This document shows, one piece after another, positions 49,869-61,405 of a stretch of DNA of 64,000 bases. This DNA is from Nitrososphaeria archaeon (lineage in GTDB: Archaea; Thermoproteota; Nitrososphaeria; Nitrososphaerales; JAAOZN01). Location of the stretch: assembly GCA_029775855.1 (NCBI GenBank), contig JARVJZ010000003.1, positions 128,001 through 192,000 of the forward strand. The letters run 5' to 3'. The translations under genes and the position numbers were made by a program. Positions within the stretch are counted from its first letter, which is position 1. Each line of letters opens with the position of its first letter. Under the pieces are notes generated by a model. It ran no database searches, had not been told where the DNA came from, and saw nothing but the letters and a program-made list of their open reading frames with translations.

Positions 49869-50504
49869 ATGCTCGAAGTCGAGGTTTCTATAACGCCTAA
49901 TAGGACTTGGATACATAACATATCTTCGAACCATAGCGCCGTAGTTAAGATCTTAGATTGTAAGCCCGTTAAGAGTAGTGGCGCGGTTCAAGAACTCTTC
50001 GAAATACTTGTAGGTGAAGAGTGTGTTGCTGATGTTTTGAAGGTGTTGAAGTCTGATCCTAACATCTCTAGGCTTGAGGTTATTAGTGTAAAGGGTGGGC
50101 GTATCAAAGGCTCGCTTATATCGCATACTTGCTCAGCATGTAGAATCTTAGCCTCATCCCAGTGTTTTATGGTTTCATCGACGCTTAACCAAGATGGCAC
50201 GATAAGCTGGGTGATGCTTGGGAATAAATTTGCTATTAGAAGCCTTTTGGATAATTTGGAAAAAGAGGGTGTAAAATTCGATTTAAAAAGAATAGAGCGA
50301 GCTAAAAAGCTTGATGTATTAACTAAGAGACAGGAAGAGGTTCTGAGGTTGGCGTTTGACTTAGGCTACTTCGACTACCCGCGGAGGATAGATCTGCGTT
50401 CATTAGCTAACATACTGGACCTCTCCCCGCCTACTCTCTCTGAGATGCTTAGGCGTGCCCAGAAGAAAGTGATAACCGAATATCTTAGAAGCAAGGCGAG
50501 CTGA
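49869..50504 (+). CDS. Bat-type (HTH_10) transcriptional regulator
   Basis: LTKRQEEVLRLAFDLGYFDYPRRI.L..LA..L..S..TLSE.LRRA. Confidence 0.9.
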   Translation: MLEVEVSITPNRTWIHNISSNHSAVVKILDCKPVKSSGAVQELFEILVGEECVADVLKVLKSDPNISRLEVISVKGGRIKGSLISHTCSACRILASSQCFMVSSTLNQDGTISWVMLGNKFAIRSLLDNLEKEGVKFDLKRIERAKKLDVLTKRQEEVLRLAFDLGYFDYPRRIDLRSLANILDLSPPTLSEMLRRAQKKVITEYLRSKAS

Positions 50505-50554
50505 CACTAATTTAATTAAAAATTTATATGCAAACCTAAGCATATATTGAAATA

Positions 50555-51133
50555 GTGGTTTCCTTGGATGTGTTAGAGGCTATAAAGACGAGGCGAAGTA
50601 TAAGTAAGTTCAAGCCAGATGAGCCGCCTAAAGAGTTAATTGAAAAGATACTTGACGCTGGAACTTGGGCTCCCACCCACCACCTAACCGAGCCTTGGAA
50701 ATTCTTCGTGTTAACCGGCAAGGCAAGAGAGAAGCTAGGTGAGGCTATGGCGCAAGCGTTAGCTGAAGAGCTTACAGACCTAGATTCGCAAGAGAGTAAA
50801 GTAAAGCTCGACTCAGAGAGGCAGCGTCCACTGAGAGCACCCGTAATAATCGCAGTCGCAGCCTCCCCAAAGCAAGACCCGAATGTAGTTGAGTTAGAGG
50901 AGATAGTAGCAACCGCCTCAGCTATGCAGAATATGCTTCTAGCAGCACATGCTCTAGGGTTAGGCGCTATTTTGAGGACTGGAAAAGCCGCGTATAGAAA
51001 GAAGGTTAAAGAATTCTTCGGCTTAAGTGATAAAGAGTATCTTCTTGGATTTATCTACTTAGGTTACCCAGATATGCAGCCTCAGAAGGCTACACGCACA
51101 CCTTTCTCAAGCAAAACTGTGTGGCTCAACTAA
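50555..51133 (+). CDS. Nitroreductase family protein
   Basis: IKTRRSI, WAPTHHLTEPWKF, QNMLLAAHALGLG, LGYP. Confidence 0.9.
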   Translation: MVSLDVLEAIKTRRSISKFKPDEPPKELIEKILDAGTWAPTHHLTEPWKFFVLTGKAREKLGEAMAQALAEELTDLDSQESKVKLDSERQRPLRAPVIIAVAASPKQDPNVVELEEIVATASAMQNMLLAAHALGLGAILRTGKAAYRKKVKEFFGLSDKEYLLGFIYLGYPDMQPQKATRTPFSSKTVWLN

Positions 51134-51164
51134 ATAAACTAAAAATAAGAGATGGGGCGTGCTT

Positions 51165-52802
51165 TTAGAACTCGCCGCCTCCCTCTTCTTCACCTGGCTT
51201 AGGTGGCTTTGTCTCCTTCATCTTGCCAGCAGCGATAACATCGTCGATGCGTAGTATCATGCTCGCAGCGTCGGTAGCAGACTTGATGATCTGCTCCTTG
51301 ACCTTTACTGGCTCAAATATCCCTTTTTCATAGATGTCTGCTACACCACCGTCCATAACGCTGATTCCATACCAGATCTTACCTTCGCCGTGCTTAGCCC
51401 TTAGCTCTACTTGTGTATCTATCGTATCCATTCCCGCGTTCTCAGCTAATGTTAAGGGTATGCTCTCTAATGCTTCGGCGAACTTCTGCGCAGCGAGCTG
51501 CTCTCTACCAGAGAGCTTATTCGCCCACTCTCTGATCTCGTAGGCTAATTGTGCTTCAGGTGCTCCGCCTCCAGCAACCAGCGCTGGCTTTTCTATGACA
51601 TCTTTGGTTACCATTAGCGCGTCGTGTATAGATCTCTCAGCTTCGTCAACGACCCTCTGAGAGCCTCCCCGTATCAATATGCTCACCGCCTTAGGGTTCT
51701 TACAGCCCTCAACGAAGACCCACTTATCCTCCTCAACCTTCCTCTCCTCAACAAGCTCAGCAAACCCTAGATCCTTATCAGTCAAGTCGTCAAAGTTCGT
51801 TACTACTCTGCCCCCTGTGGCTTTGGCGAGCTTCGTCATATCACTCTCCTTCACACGCCGCACCGCAAGCACACCAGCCTTAGCAAGGAAGTGCTGAGCA
51901 ACATCATCAATACCCTTCTGACAGATAACCACATTAGCACCAGTAGCCCTGATCTTATCGACCATCCCCTTCAGAATCGCTGTCTCCTCATCCAAGAACT
52001 TCTTGATCTGCGCTGGGTCATTTATCCTGATTTCTGCACTAAACTCAGGCTTCTCGATTTCAAGGGGTGCGTTTATTAGGGCTATCTTAGCGTTTTCGAC
52101 ACGCTTAGGCATCCCCGCGTGAACAACCTCCTTATCCAACACAACACCCTTGATCAAGCGAGTGTCGCTGAGAGTACCGCCAGGCTTCTTTTCAACTTTG
52201 ATGTTGTCAATATCAACCTTGTAGCCTGTTGGAGTCTTTTCAACTACTGTAAGTATGGCGTCTACTACAAGGTTCGCCAAGTATTTGCTCTCCTCTGAAA
52301 CCAGCTTTGTAAGCATGCTCGTCACAGCGATCTTTTCAAGCCACTCTTTGTCTGTCGGCTCAACCTTAATTGCGAGCTTATCAAGTATCTCTAACGCCTT
52401 CTCTGCAGCCGCTTTATATCCGTCTACGATGAGTGTTGGGTGGACATCTTTGGCTATCAGCTCCTCAGCCTTCTCGAGCAGCGCTCCGGCTAAAACAACC
52501 GCCGAGGTTGTGCCGTCTCCAACCTCGTTATCAGTAGCCTTAGCAACCTCAACCAACATCTTAGCAGCAGGATGCTGAACATCGATCTCCTTCAGTATAG
52601 TTGCTCCGTCGTTGGTTATCGTGACATCTCCAAGAGAGTCAACGAGCATCTTATCCATACCACGAGGACCAAGAGAGCTCCTAACGATCTCAGCTATCAA
52701 CTTAGCAGCCAAAATGTTATTACGCTGCGCTTCTCTGCCCTTGGCTTCGCTGCTTCCCTCTTTTAATATTAGTATGGGTTGACCAGCTGCCGCCATATAC
52801 AT
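51165..52802 (-). CDS. Thermosome (group II chaperonin) subunit
   Basis: [23 protein letters not shown]. Confidence 0.97.
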   Translation of the reverse strand: MYMAAAGQPILILKEGSSEAKGREAQRNNILAAKLIAEIVRSSLGPRGMDKMLVDSLGDVTITNDGATILKEIDVQHPAAKMLVEVAKATDNEVGDGTTSAVVLAGALLEKAEELIAKDVHPTLIVDGYKAAAEKALEILDKLAIKVEPTDKEWLEKIAVTSMLTKLVSEESKYLANLVVDAILTVVEKTPTGYKVDIDNIKVEKKPGGTLSDTRLIKGVVLDKEVVHAGMPKRVENAKIALINAPLEIEKPEFSAEIRINDPAQIKKFLDEETAILKGMVDKIRATGANVVICQKGIDDVAQHFLAKAGVLAVRRVKESDMTKLAKATGGRVVTNFDDLTDKDLGFAELVEERKVEEDKWVFVEGCKNPKAVSILIRGGSQRVVDEAERSIHDALMVTKDVIEKPALVAGGGAPEAQLAYEIREWANKLSGREQLAAQKFAEALESIPLTLAENAGMDTIDTQVELRAKHGEGKIWYGISVMDGGVADIYEKGIFEPVKVKEQIIKSATDAASMILRIDDVIAAGKMKETKPPKPGEEEGGGEF

Positions 52803-52813
52803 TTCACCTCCTA

Positions 52814-54469
52814 TTATTCCTCGCCGCCTCCTTCTTCTCCACCTGGCTTAGGTGGCTTTGTCTCCTTCATCTTGCCAGCAGCGATAACATCGTCAACCCT
52901 CAGTATCATGCTCGCAGCGTCGGTAGCAGACTTGATGATCTGCTCCTTGACTACAAGTGGGTCAAATATCTCCTTGCTGTAAATATCGGCTACTTTACCT
53001 TCCCTAACATCAACACCGAACCACTTCTGCCCCTCAGCGTGCTTAGCCCTTAATTCGACTTGCACATCTATAGGATCTAATCCAGCATTTTCCGCTAAGG
53101 TTATCGCTATACCCTCTAATGCTTCGGCGAACTTCTGCGCAGCGAGCTGCTCTCTACCAGAGAGCTTCTCAGCCCACTTCAACACTTGGTGTGCAGCTTC
53201 AGCCTCACTCGCTCCTCCACCAACAACTACTGCTGGCTTTTCTATGACATCTTTGGTTACCATTAGCGCGTCGTGTATAGATCTCTCAGCTTCGTCAACG
53301 ACCCTCTGAGAGCCTCCCCGTATCAATATGCTCACAGCCTTAGGGTTCTTACAGCCCTCAACGAAGACCCACTTATCCTCCTCAACCTTCCTCTCCTCAA
53401 CAAGCTCAGCAAACCCTAAGTCGTTTGGTGTAAGGTCATCGAAGTTCGTCACTACTCTGCCCCCTGTGGCTTTGGCGAGCTTCGTCATATCACTCTCCTT
53501 CACACGCCGCACCGCAAGCACACCAGCCTTAGCAAGGAAGTGCTGAGCAACATCATCAATACCCTTCTGACAGATAACCACATTAGCGCCAGTCGCGACA
53601 ACCTTGTCAACCATGCTCTTAAGCAGCGCGTTCTCCTCATCCAAGAACTTCTTCATCATAGTTGGATCTGTTATGTTCAGCTTTGCGTCGAACTCCGTCT
53701 TCTCGATCTCGAAAGGTGCGTTTATTAGGGCTATCTTAGCGTTTTCGACACGCTTAGGCATCCCCGCGTGAACAACCTCCTTATCCAACACAACACCCTT
53801 GATCAAGCGAGTGTCTTTAAGCGAGCCGCCAGCCTTTTTATCCACCTTGATGTTGTCAATATCGACCTTGTACCCAGAATCCTTCTTCTCAGCGACAGCT
53901 AGAACAGCGTCTACCACCAGATTAGCCAAGTCAACCGCTTCTTTAGAGACAAGTTTGCTTTGCATGCTCGTCTTCGCAACTTTGATTAACCAGCTCCTAT
54001 CCTCAGGTGATATCTTTATGCTGATGTTCTGAAGCGCTTCTAACGCCTTCGCAGCAGCCTTCCTGTAGCCATCTACGATGAGTGTTGGGTGGACATCTTT
54101 GGCTATCAGCTCCTCAGCCTTCTCGAGCAGCGCTCCGGCTAAAACAACCGCCGAGGTTGTGCCGTCTCCAACCTCGTTATCAGTAGCCTTAGCAACCTCA
54201 ACCAACATCTTAGCAGCAGGATGCTGAACATCTATTTCTTTGAGCATCGTTGCTCCGTCGTTGGTTATCGTGACATCTCCAAGAGAGTCAACGAGCATCT
54301 TATCCATACCACGAGGACCAAGAGAGCTCCTAACGATCTCAGCGATCAACTTAGCAGCCAAAATGTTATTACGCTGCGCCGCCTTTCCTCTTGTTTCGGT
54401 GCTTCCCTCTTTTAGTATGAGTACTGGTTGACCTGTTTGTGTTACAGCTGGTATAGCTGTTGCAGCCAT
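52814..54469 (-). CDS. Thermosome (group II chaperonin) subunit, tandem paralog
   Basis: [23 protein letters not shown]. Confidence 0.97.
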   Translation of the reverse strand: MAATAIPAVTQTGQPVLILKEGSTETRGKAAQRNNILAAKLIAEIVRSSLGPRGMDKMLVDSLGDVTITNDGATMLKEIDVQHPAAKMLVEVAKATDNEVGDGTTSAVVLAGALLEKAEELIAKDVHPTLIVDGYRKAAAKALEALQNISIKISPEDRSWLIKVAKTSMQSKLVSKEAVDLANLVVDAVLAVAEKKDSGYKVDIDNIKVDKKAGGSLKDTRLIKGVVLDKEVVHAGMPKRVENAKIALINAPFEIEKTEFDAKLNITDPTMMKKFLDEENALLKSMVDKVVATGANVVICQKGIDDVAQHFLAKAGVLAVRRVKESDMTKLAKATGGRVVTNFDDLTPNDLGFAELVEERKVEEDKWVFVEGCKNPKAVSILIRGGSQRVVDEAERSIHDALMVTKDVIEKPAVVVGGGASEAEAAHQVLKWAEKLSGREQLAAQKFAEALEGIAITLAENAGLDPIDVQVELRAKHAEGQKWFGVDVREGKVADIYSKEIFDPLVVKEQIIKSATDAASMILRVDDVIAAGKMKETKPPKPGGEEGGGEE

Positions 54470-54535
54470 ATAATCACCTAGTATACAACCTTAGGTAGTA
54501 AACTATTTAAATATTGCTGTCATATATCATGCACG

Positions 54536-55207
54536 ATGACCCAACCAGTGTTAGATCAAGTCCTTAATGTGGTTGAGAATCCTATCAGGAGGAAGATAAT
54601 AAGAAGACTTGCTCATGAACCTAGCTACCCCCTAGAGATTTCAAGTGACTTGGGTGTAAACCAGCAGCTTGTCACAAAGCATCTTAAGGTTATGGAGGCT
54701 GCTGAGATCGTGGAGGCAACAAGGGCGTCGAGCCCTTATGGTCCTGATAGAAGAATATATGAGTTAGCCAAGAGCGTCTCCCTCACTATAGAATTCTCTC
54801 CAGACCTTTATGCAGAGCAGATTACAACATTCCAGAACATCCAGTATCCTAGAAAGAATGAGCAGCTTGAAGAATTTGAGCAGCGCTTCGACACACTCCT
54901 AAGCAAGAGAAGCTATAGAAGCGAGCTTAACGACTACGCTAAACTAATCGCAGATATAGACCGAAGGTTAAATGAGTTAGACAAAGAGAAGGCAGCGCTT
55001 CTGCAGCTAAGGTGTAGCGTTATAAGAGTGGCAAAAGAGATTATACAAGGTACCCCACTCTCTCTTAAAGAAAGGATAGTCGCATACCACATTCTTAACA
55101 GCAACATCTGGGCCGCAAAGGTTTTGTCGGAGCGGTTGAACCTACGCGAAGAAACTGTGCAACAGATACTTCAACGCCTTAAAGAAATCAATCTGATAAA
55201 GATGTGA
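54536..55207 (+). CDS. ArsR-type wHTH regulator with coiled coil (heat-shock regulator-like)
   Basis: ENPIRRKII..L..EPSYPLEIS..LGV.QQLV.KHL; divergent from the thermosome genes. Confidence 0.8.
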   Translation: MTQPVLDQVLNVVENPIRRKIIRRLAHEPSYPLEISSDLGVNQQLVTKHLKVMEAAEIVEATRASSPYGPDRRIYELAKSVSLTIEFSPDLYAEQITTFQNIQYPRKNEQLEEFEQRFDTLLSKRSYRSELNDYAKLIADIDRRLNELDKEKAALLQLRCSVIRVAKEIIQGTPLSLKERIVAYHILNSNIWAAKVLSERLNLREETVQQILQRLKEINLIKM

Positions 55208-55236
55208 ATGTAGAGGTAAACAACTAAGACAGAAGC

Positions 55237-56415
55237 CTAACTCTTCCTAAACATAAGATAGATGAACAGCGATGTTGTTAGGCTTATTCCAGCAATAGGG
55301 TAAAACACATACCCTAAAGGGATATAATCTATCAGTATGCCTGAAAACATCGGTCCAATTATAAGCCCTATGTCAGAGAAGATCCTATAGATCCCCATCG
55401 ATAGCCCTCTATGCTTAGGGTCAGAAGATTCTACTGCTAAGCTCACTTGAGCCGGCATAGTAAGGCTGGTAGAGACGCCGAATGCCAATGCTACACTAAC
55501 TAGAATCGCTATGTTAAATGAGAGCGCATATAGGGCTGTTGTTAAACCAGTAAGTGTAAAGCCATATATCATCGCTACTGTGGCTCCAAGTCTGTCCGTA
55601 AGCGCACCAGCCCACCTCATCATAAAGAAGTTTACTAATGCTATTAGACTTAAAACCAACCCTACTTCAGACTCGCTTAAGTTAAGAACCTTTTCGCAGT
55701 ATATGGGTAAGACTGTGAACCTAACGCCAGTGGTTAAAATGAAGGTTGAAGCAGCAGCAACGCAAGATACTATCATAGGTTTACTTCGAAGTTTTTCAGC
55801 TATCATCGACTTAATATAAACCCTCTCAGATACAATCTTCTTCTCATCTCTAGACCTTGAAAAACCCATGTATGTAGCTAAAGCGCTTACTAAAGAGAGG
55901 AGTGATAAAGTAAGAAAAGGGAGTCTAAGCCCACCTAAACCCGTCAAAAACCCTCCAATCGATGGCCCGAAAGCTGAACCTAAAAAGAAACTGCTTTGAT
56001 AGTATCCTAGATACCTCCCTTTTTTGGCTTCGGGTAAGATGTCTGCTATATATGCTAAGGCTGAAGTTGTAAAGACAGCAGCCCCTACCCCTTGAATAAA
56101 CCTTGCTACTATAAGCTGCAGTATGTTTGTCGAATATGCTGCAAGTATACCTGTGCCGACAAACAAAAGTGTGCCCAACAGTATGCTCTTCCTTCTACCT
56201 ACTTTATCGGAGAGCCTGCCTGAAGGTATATCTGTAATTATCCTTGCTATACCAAAAGCTGAAATCGTAAAACCAACATAAGTATACGATGCGCCAAAGC
56301 TCTCAGCATATTTTGGTAAGATGGGAACTACTATACCGGCGCCGAGCATAATAATGAATGTGGCTGATGATATCATTACTAGTTTCTTTTCTACTGACCT
56401 CTCTCCGGCGACCAT
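55237..56415 (-). CDS. MFS transporter (DHA1-like)
   Basis: About 12 TM helices, GRLSDKVGRR motif A, ARFIQGVG. Confidence 0.9.
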   Translation of the reverse strand: MVAGERSVEKKLVMISSATFIIMLGAGIVVPILPKYAESFGASYTYVGFTISAFGIARIITDIPSGRLSDKVGRRKSILLGTLLFVGTGILAAYSTNILQLIVARFIQGVGAAVFTTSALAYIADILPEAKKGRYLGYYQSSFFLGSAFGPSIGGFLTGLGGLRLPFLTLSLLSLVSALATYMGFSRSRDEKKIVSERVYIKSMIAEKLRSKPMIVSCVAAASTFILTTGVRFTVLPIYCEKVLNLSESEVGLVLSLIALVNFFMMRWAGALTDRLGATVAMIYGFTLTGLTTALYALSFNIAILVSVALAFGVSTSLTMPAQVSLAVESSDPKHRGLSMGIYRIFSDIGLIIGPMFSGILIDYIPLGYVFYPIAGISLTTSLFIYLMFRKS

Positions 56416-56443
56416 TTTTTGGTCTCTTACTATGCAACGAAGC

Positions 56444-56653
56444 TTACTTCTTTTTCGACAACCACCATTCTAAATATTCATTCCTTTCTTGCTTCTTCTT
56501 CCTCTTCTCATCAAGCTCTGCCCGCCGCTTATCCTTCAAATCCAAAAGTTCATCCTTCGTTAGGTAGAGCCCACAGCTTGTGCAGATATACCGCTTGGTG
56601 GATGTCTCATATGTCATAGCTCCGCCGCATTCGGGACAGAAGTTTTGTGACAT
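56444..56653 (-). CDS. Small Zn-ribbon protein
   Basis: CPECGG..YICTSCG, C-terminal EYLEWWLS. Confidence 0.75.
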   Translation of the reverse strand: MSQNFCPECGGAMTYETSTKRYICTSCGLYLTKDELLDLKDKRRAELDEKRKKKQERNEYLEWWLSKKK

Positions 56654-56853
56654 TTAACAACTGTTGCCAAAGCATAAGATTAAAACCTTACTCTGAGAAT
56701 TATTACAGAAAGAAGTGTTCAATTTGCAGCTAAACTTGTCTAAAAAAGTTTGCTTCCTAAAATTAGCAACTACTACTTAATCAAATATTAACTTTATTAA
56801 TCGTCTAGGGTTTTGAAACGCGTATCCTAAAAGTATATCTACACCTGATTAGA

Positions 56854-57048
56854 ATGGTGAACGAAATAGCTATGTCCCAAATACAACTACCTACATGCAC
56901 ATCCTGCAACAAACCTATAACACCTGGAGAAGAGGCGGTAAAGTTCTACTGCCCAGAGTGCGGCGCTGTCTTAATCTGGCGATGTGAAAAATGTAGAATC
57001 TTCTTTAGACCATATAAATGTGTGAACTGCGGCTTCGAAGGACCTTAG
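56854..57048 (+). CDS. Zinc-finger protein (DUF1610 / HVO_2753-like)
   Basis: CTSC..FYCPECG..IWRCEKCR..YKCVNCGFEGP; sits upstream of EF-1beta as usual. Confidence 0.88.
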   Translation: MVNEIAMSQIQLPTCTSCNKPITPGEEAVKFYCPECGAVLIWRCEKCRIFFRPYKCVNCGFEGP

Positions 57049-57063
57049 CGGGGTGTGAATTAG

Positions 57064-57342
57064 TTGGGTGATGTGCTCGTCAGAGTAAAAGTGCTTCCAG
57101 ATGATATCACAGTATCTTTGGATGAATTAACTGAGAAGATAATAAATAAACTTCCAGCCGGCTCCTCACTCTTAAAGAAGGTTCAAGAACCTATAGCATT
57201 TGGGCTATCAGCGCTCATCTTAGATATTAAAATAAAAGAATCTGAAGGAGTTCTGGATACACTTGAGGCTTCAATTAAAGATGTGGAGCACGTAAGTCAA
57301 GTAGATGTTGTGGGTGTGAGCCGTTTATCTACTTCACTTTAA
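57064..57342 (+). CDS. ef1b: Elongation factor 1-beta
   Basis: KVLPDD, EPIAFGL.AL. Confidence 0.92.
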   Translation: MGDVLVRVKVLPDDITVSLDELTEKIINKLPAGSSLLKKVQEPIAFGLSALILDIKIKESEGVLDTLEASIKDVEHVSQVDVVGVSRLSTSL

Positions 57343-57397
57343 CCCAATAAACTTTATTTTAGGTAATGCGTGCTAGCAGTTCAGAAAGGTATCTAAG

Positions 57398-59590
57398 TTG
57401 GGTAAGGTAAGCCGCCTAGCTGCTGTTAGGCTTAAGGTTAGAGAAGCTAAACATAGAGATGTAGCAAAATATCGAGCTAGAATCCCACCCAAAGTTATGA
57501 AACGGCTTAACATAAGAGATGGCGACATAGTGGAGATAGTAGGCAAGCAGAGCACAGCAGCAATCGCATGGCCTCTTGACGAAGATGAGCAGAATAGCCA
57601 AATAATTAGGCTCGACTGGTTGACAAGAAAAAACGCAGGACTCGCATTAAACGATTATGCTGTAGTAAGAAAGGCGCAGACTAAGGTAGCTAGAACTATT
57701 AGGATTATGCCTACTGGGGCCAAACTTATGGTTGATGAAGCGTTCTCTGAATTTGTAAAGAATAGGCTTAACGGCATACCCGTGCTGGAAGGGCAGAGTT
57801 TAACCGTTATGATATTAGGAAATTCGGTTAACTTCAAGGTTGTAGAAACTAATCCAAAGGGGTTTGTAGTAATTGATGAAACATCTGAACTTATGATTAG
57901 CCCAGATGCAGAGAAGACGACAAGTGGATTATCTATTGTAACATTTGATGATGTGGGTGGGTTAAGTATGGAGATCAAACGATTAAGGGAAATGATAGAG
58001 ATTCCGCTTAAACATCCAGAAGTCTTTCGGCGTTTAGGCATCGAACCCCCTTCAGGTGTGCTGCTTTATGGTCCACCTGGCTGTGGTAAGACGCTATTAG
58101 CTAGAGCCTTGGCTAATGAATGTGATGCTTGCTTTTTCAGTATAAGTGGGCCGGAGATCATGAATAAATATTATGGTGAGAGTGAAGCTAAGCTTCGCGA
58201 GATCTTTAAAGAGGCTTCTGAAAATGCGCCGAGCATAATCTTCATAGACGAAATAGATGCCATAGCACCCAAAAGAGAAGAGGTTATAGGTGATGTTGAG
58301 AAGCGTGTAGTTGCACAGCTCTTAGCCCTCATGGACGGCATCTCAGAGAGGCGTTCAGTTATCGTAGTAGGTGCAACTAATAGGCCAGAATCACTAGATC
58401 CAGCGCTCCGTAGACCAGGTAGATTTGACAGAGAGATTGAAATCGGGGTACCAAATCAAAGATCTAGGCTAGAAATACTACAGATACACACTCGAGGTAT
58501 GCCTTTAGACGAAGATGTAGACTTAGAATCTTTAGCTTCTTCTCTACACGGGTATACTGGCGCAGATATCCGCGCGTTATGTCAAGAAGCTGCGCTTATT
58601 GCGTTGCGTAGGTATATTCCAGATATTGATCTTGAGGACAGTAGGGTTCCTCCGGAGATTCTTGAAAAGATGGTTGTGCGGCTATCAGATTTTCAGGAAG
58701 CTATGAAGCAGATCGTTCCAACCGCTATGAGGGAGTTCTATGTTGAATCACCTAAGGTAAGGTGGAGCGACATAGGCGGTTTAGCTAAGGTGAAAGAGAC
58801 TTTGATAGAGAATGTAATATGGGCTTTGAAGTATCCCGAAAGGTTTAGACGATTAGGGATATCCGCGGCTTCAGGTGTTCTACTCTATGGGCCATCTGGC
58901 TGTGGGAAGACGATGCTCGCGCACGCATTAGCGTGTGAGAGTGGTGCAAACCTCATTAAAGTGCATGGTCCTGAGATTCTATCAAAATGGGTTGGTGAAT
59001 CTGAAAAAGCTATTCGCGATATTTTTCGAAAAGCCAAGTTTTCCTCGCCTTGCATCCTCTTCTTCGATGAAATCGACTCAATAGCAAGGTCTCGTTCATC
59101 TCTAGATGAATACCAAGCCTCAGAAAAGATCTTAAGCCAGCTTCTAACAGAGATCGACAATATAAAAAATACTTCAGGCACCTTTGTAGTAGCCGCAACT
59201 AATAGACCAGATCTAATAGATCCAGCGCTTCTAAGACCTGGTAGGCTTGACCTCTTGGTATATGTTCCTCCGCCTGATGAAGCCGGTAGGCTAGAGGTGC
59301 TGCGAATACTTACATCAAGGATGCCTTTGTCGCAAGATGTTAAGTTAGAGGATCTTGCTAAACAGACCCAAGGATATTCAGGTGCGGATCTGCAGGCGCT
59401 TGTTAGGGAGGCTGGTTTATCCGCTTTACGCGCTTTTGGTGATTCTCCTGTTGTTAAGTTAGCTGATTTTCAAAGTGCTTTAAATAGGGTTAGACCATCT
59501 ATAACTAAGGATGTTGAGTCTTGGTATAATTTGTGGAGTCAGCAGCTCAGCAGTAGGGTTGGTGGTGCTCAGAAGACCTTTTACACTTAA
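57398..59590 (+). CDS. cdc48: CDC48/VCP AAA ATPase
   Basis: N-domain and two AAA modules ([28 protein letters not shown]); ends in FYT (HbYX-like). Confidence 0.95.
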   Translation: MGKVSRLAAVRLKVREAKHRDVAKYRARIPPKVMKRLNIRDGDIVEIVGKQSTAAIAWPLDEDEQNSQIIRLDWLTRKNAGLALNDYAVVRKAQTKVARTIRIMPTGAKLMVDEAFSEFVKNRLNGIPVLEGQSLTVMILGNSVNFKVVETNPKGFVVIDETSELMISPDAEKTTSGLSIVTFDDVGGLSMEIKRLREMIEIPLKHPEVFRRLGIEPPSGVLLYGPPGCGKTLLARALANECDACFFSISGPEIMNKYYGESEAKLREIFKEASENAPSIIFIDEIDAIAPKREEVIGDVEKRVVAQLLALMDGISERRSVIVVGATNRPESLDPALRRPGRFDREIEIGVPNQRSRLEILQIHTRGMPLDEDVDLESLASSLHGYTGADIRALCQEAALIALRRYIPDIDLEDSRVPPEILEKMVVRLSDFQEAMKQIVPTAMREFYVESPKVRWSDIGGLAKVKETLIENVIWALKYPERFRRLGISAASGVLLYGPSGCGKTMLAHALACESGANLIKVHGPEILSKWVGESEKAIRDIFRKAKFSSPCILFFDEIDSIARSRSSLDEYQASEKILSQLLTEIDNIKNTSGTFVVAATNRPDLIDPALLRPGRLDLLVYVPPPDEAGRLEVLRILTSRMPLSQDVKLEDLAKQTQGYSGADLQALVREAGLSALRAFGDSPVVKLADFQSALNRVRPSITKDVESWYNLWSQQLSSRVGGAQKTFYT

Positions 59591-59640
59591 ATAGGATCTA
59601 GATATCAATTATTTTAATGTATGTTTAGAGGAGTCGGTGT

Positions 59641-59871
59641 TTGAGGTTTCTGCTTAAGAACTATGTCTATGAGAAAATCAAGCAAGCTAGAAGTATTACT
59701 GATGTTGATCTGCTGAATGAGTTAGTGAAGAACGGTTTTGATGTGAATATGTCGATGCTTAACAAGGTTCTGCTTAAGCTTGAAATCCTTGGTTTAATAA
59801 GCGTAAGTTGGGTTGGAAAAGATAAGAGAAGGATAGAGTTTATCGAGCCGCCTCAACAGCAGCCAACCTAA
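59641..59871 (+). CDS. Small wHTH-like hypothetical protein
   Basis: LNKVLLKLEILGLI.V; directly after cdc48. Confidence 0.65.
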   Translation: MRFLLKNYVYEKIKQARSITDVDLLNELVKNGFDVNMSMLNKVLLKLEILGLISVSWVGKDKRRIEFIEPPQQQPT

Positions 59872-60311
59872 CCTTCCGCTGCTTTTATGAGTTCGCGTAG
59901 CTTAGTAGTGCTTACGCCGAGCAGCTGCCTTATCTTTGAATTTTTTTCAACTACTACTACTGCGCCTCCGAGAACTGCTAGGGCTGATTCGTATTCTTTG
60001 ACCATCCTTAGGTATCTTGAGGCTTCCTCCTTTGTCAAGTAGTCTTTTAATTCTCCTCTATTTTCGTCTTCGAGAAGCACGTGTATGCCTTGCTCTCTTA
60101 GTTTCTTCCGTTCTTCTTCTCCTTCGCTTGCTTCTAAGGTCTTTAGTCTTGATAGTCTTTTTATGTATTCGCTTAGGTTTGGGTGTGTTGGTTCATCGTT
60201 GACCATTTTTAGCCTTCTTGAGCCGCAGACAGGGCATCTGCTTGGTATGCGTTCGTATAAGTTGCTGGGTATATGTAGATAGTTGCAGTTATCGCATCGC
60301 CAGCCAGCCAA
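59868..60311 (-). CDS. Hypothetical protein with N-terminal Zn ribbon
   Basis: WRCDNC...RCPVCGS followed by a helical region. Confidence 0.65.
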   Translation of the reverse strand: MAGWRCDNCNYLHIPSNLYERIPSRCPVCGSRRLKMVNDEPTHPNLSEYIKRLSRLKTLEASEGEEERKKLREQGIHVLLEDENRGELKDYLTKEEASRYLRMVKEYESALAVLGGAVVVVEKNSKIRQLLGVSTTKLRELIKAAEG

Positions 60312-60356
60312 CTAAGGTTAGTTTAGTGGGGAGCCAAAGATAAATTTATCCAAATA

Positions 60357-61400
60357 GTGTCTATCTTGGATATGGGTGTAGATTTAGGCGAGATAGTCTC
60401 AAAGAGGAAGTTGAAGCTAGAGGAGCTACGTGGATGCACTATCGCGGTGGATGCGTATAACGCGCTATATCAGTTTTTGGCGGTTATAAGGGGTGAGCAA
60501 GGCGAGCCGCTTAGAGATCGAAGTGGTAGGGTAACCAGCCACCTTAGTGGTCTCTTCTACAGGAATGTGAACCTCCTTTCTTTAGGTATAAAACCGATTT
60601 ACATTTTGGATGGTCAGCCTCCTAGTCTTAAAGCTGCTGAGATAGCTCGTAGGAGGAAGGTGAAGGAGGAGGCTGTGGTAAAATATGCTGAGGCTCTGTC
60701 TAGAGGAGACTATGAGGCTGCTAGAAAATATGCTCAATTTACCTCCATAATCAAAGACTACATGGTTGAAGACACTAAGACGCTGCTTAACCTTCTTGGG
60801 ATACCTTGGATTGAAGCGCCTTCTGAAGGCGAAGCCACAGCAGCTTATCTTACCAAGATAGGTGTTGCAACACATACCGCAAGCCAAGACTATGACTCGC
60901 TTCTATTTGGTGCACCTCGTCTAGTAAGAAATGTAGCCATATCTGGAAGAAGGAAGCTTCCGAATAAGCCTGTGTATGTAGAGGTTGAGCCGGAGGAGAT
61001 CAGCCTTCAAACTGTTTTAAGGGAACTGGGGTTAACAAGGGAGCAGCTCATAGATGTTGGTATACTTGTTGGTACAGACTTTAACCCCGATGGCTTTAAG
61101 GGTATTGGTCCGGTTAAGGCGTTGAAGTATATTAAGCAGTATGGTAGGCTTGAGGATGTGCCTGAGATTAAGGATGCTTTGGCTGAAATAGATTATGAAT
61201 CTATAAGGTCGATCTTTCTGAATCCGAAGGTTTCCACGCAAGTCGAGGTTAAATGGGGTGAGGTTGATGAGGAGGGTGTTGTAGATTTTCTATGCGGAGA
61301 GCGTAGTTTCTCAGAGGAGCGTGTAAGGTCTGCTCTCAGTAAGTTGAAGGATGCCCAAAAGAAGTCGTCTGAGACGCTTGAACGCTGGTTTGGTGTGTAG
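60357..61400 (+). CDS. fen1: Flap endonuclease 1
   Basis: DAYNALYQFL, EAPSEGEA, SQDYDSLLFG, GTDFN, C-terminal PIP box (TLERWF). Confidence 0.97.
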   Translation: MSILDMGVDLGEIVSKRKLKLEELRGCTIAVDAYNALYQFLAVIRGEQGEPLRDRSGRVTSHLSGLFYRNVNLLSLGIKPIYILDGQPPSLKAAEIARRRKVKEEAVVKYAEALSRGDYEAARKYAQFTSIIKDYMVEDTKTLLNLLGIPWIEAPSEGEATAAYLTKIGVATHTASQDYDSLLFGAPRLVRNVAISGRRKLPNKPVYVEVEPEEISLQTVLRELGLTREQLIDVGILVGTDFNPDGFKGIGPVKALKYIKQYGRLEDVPEIKDALAEIDYESIRSIFLNPKVSTQVEVKWGEVDEEGVVDFLCGERSFSEERVRSALSKLKDAQKKSSETLERWFGV

Positions 61401-61405
61401 TCGAG

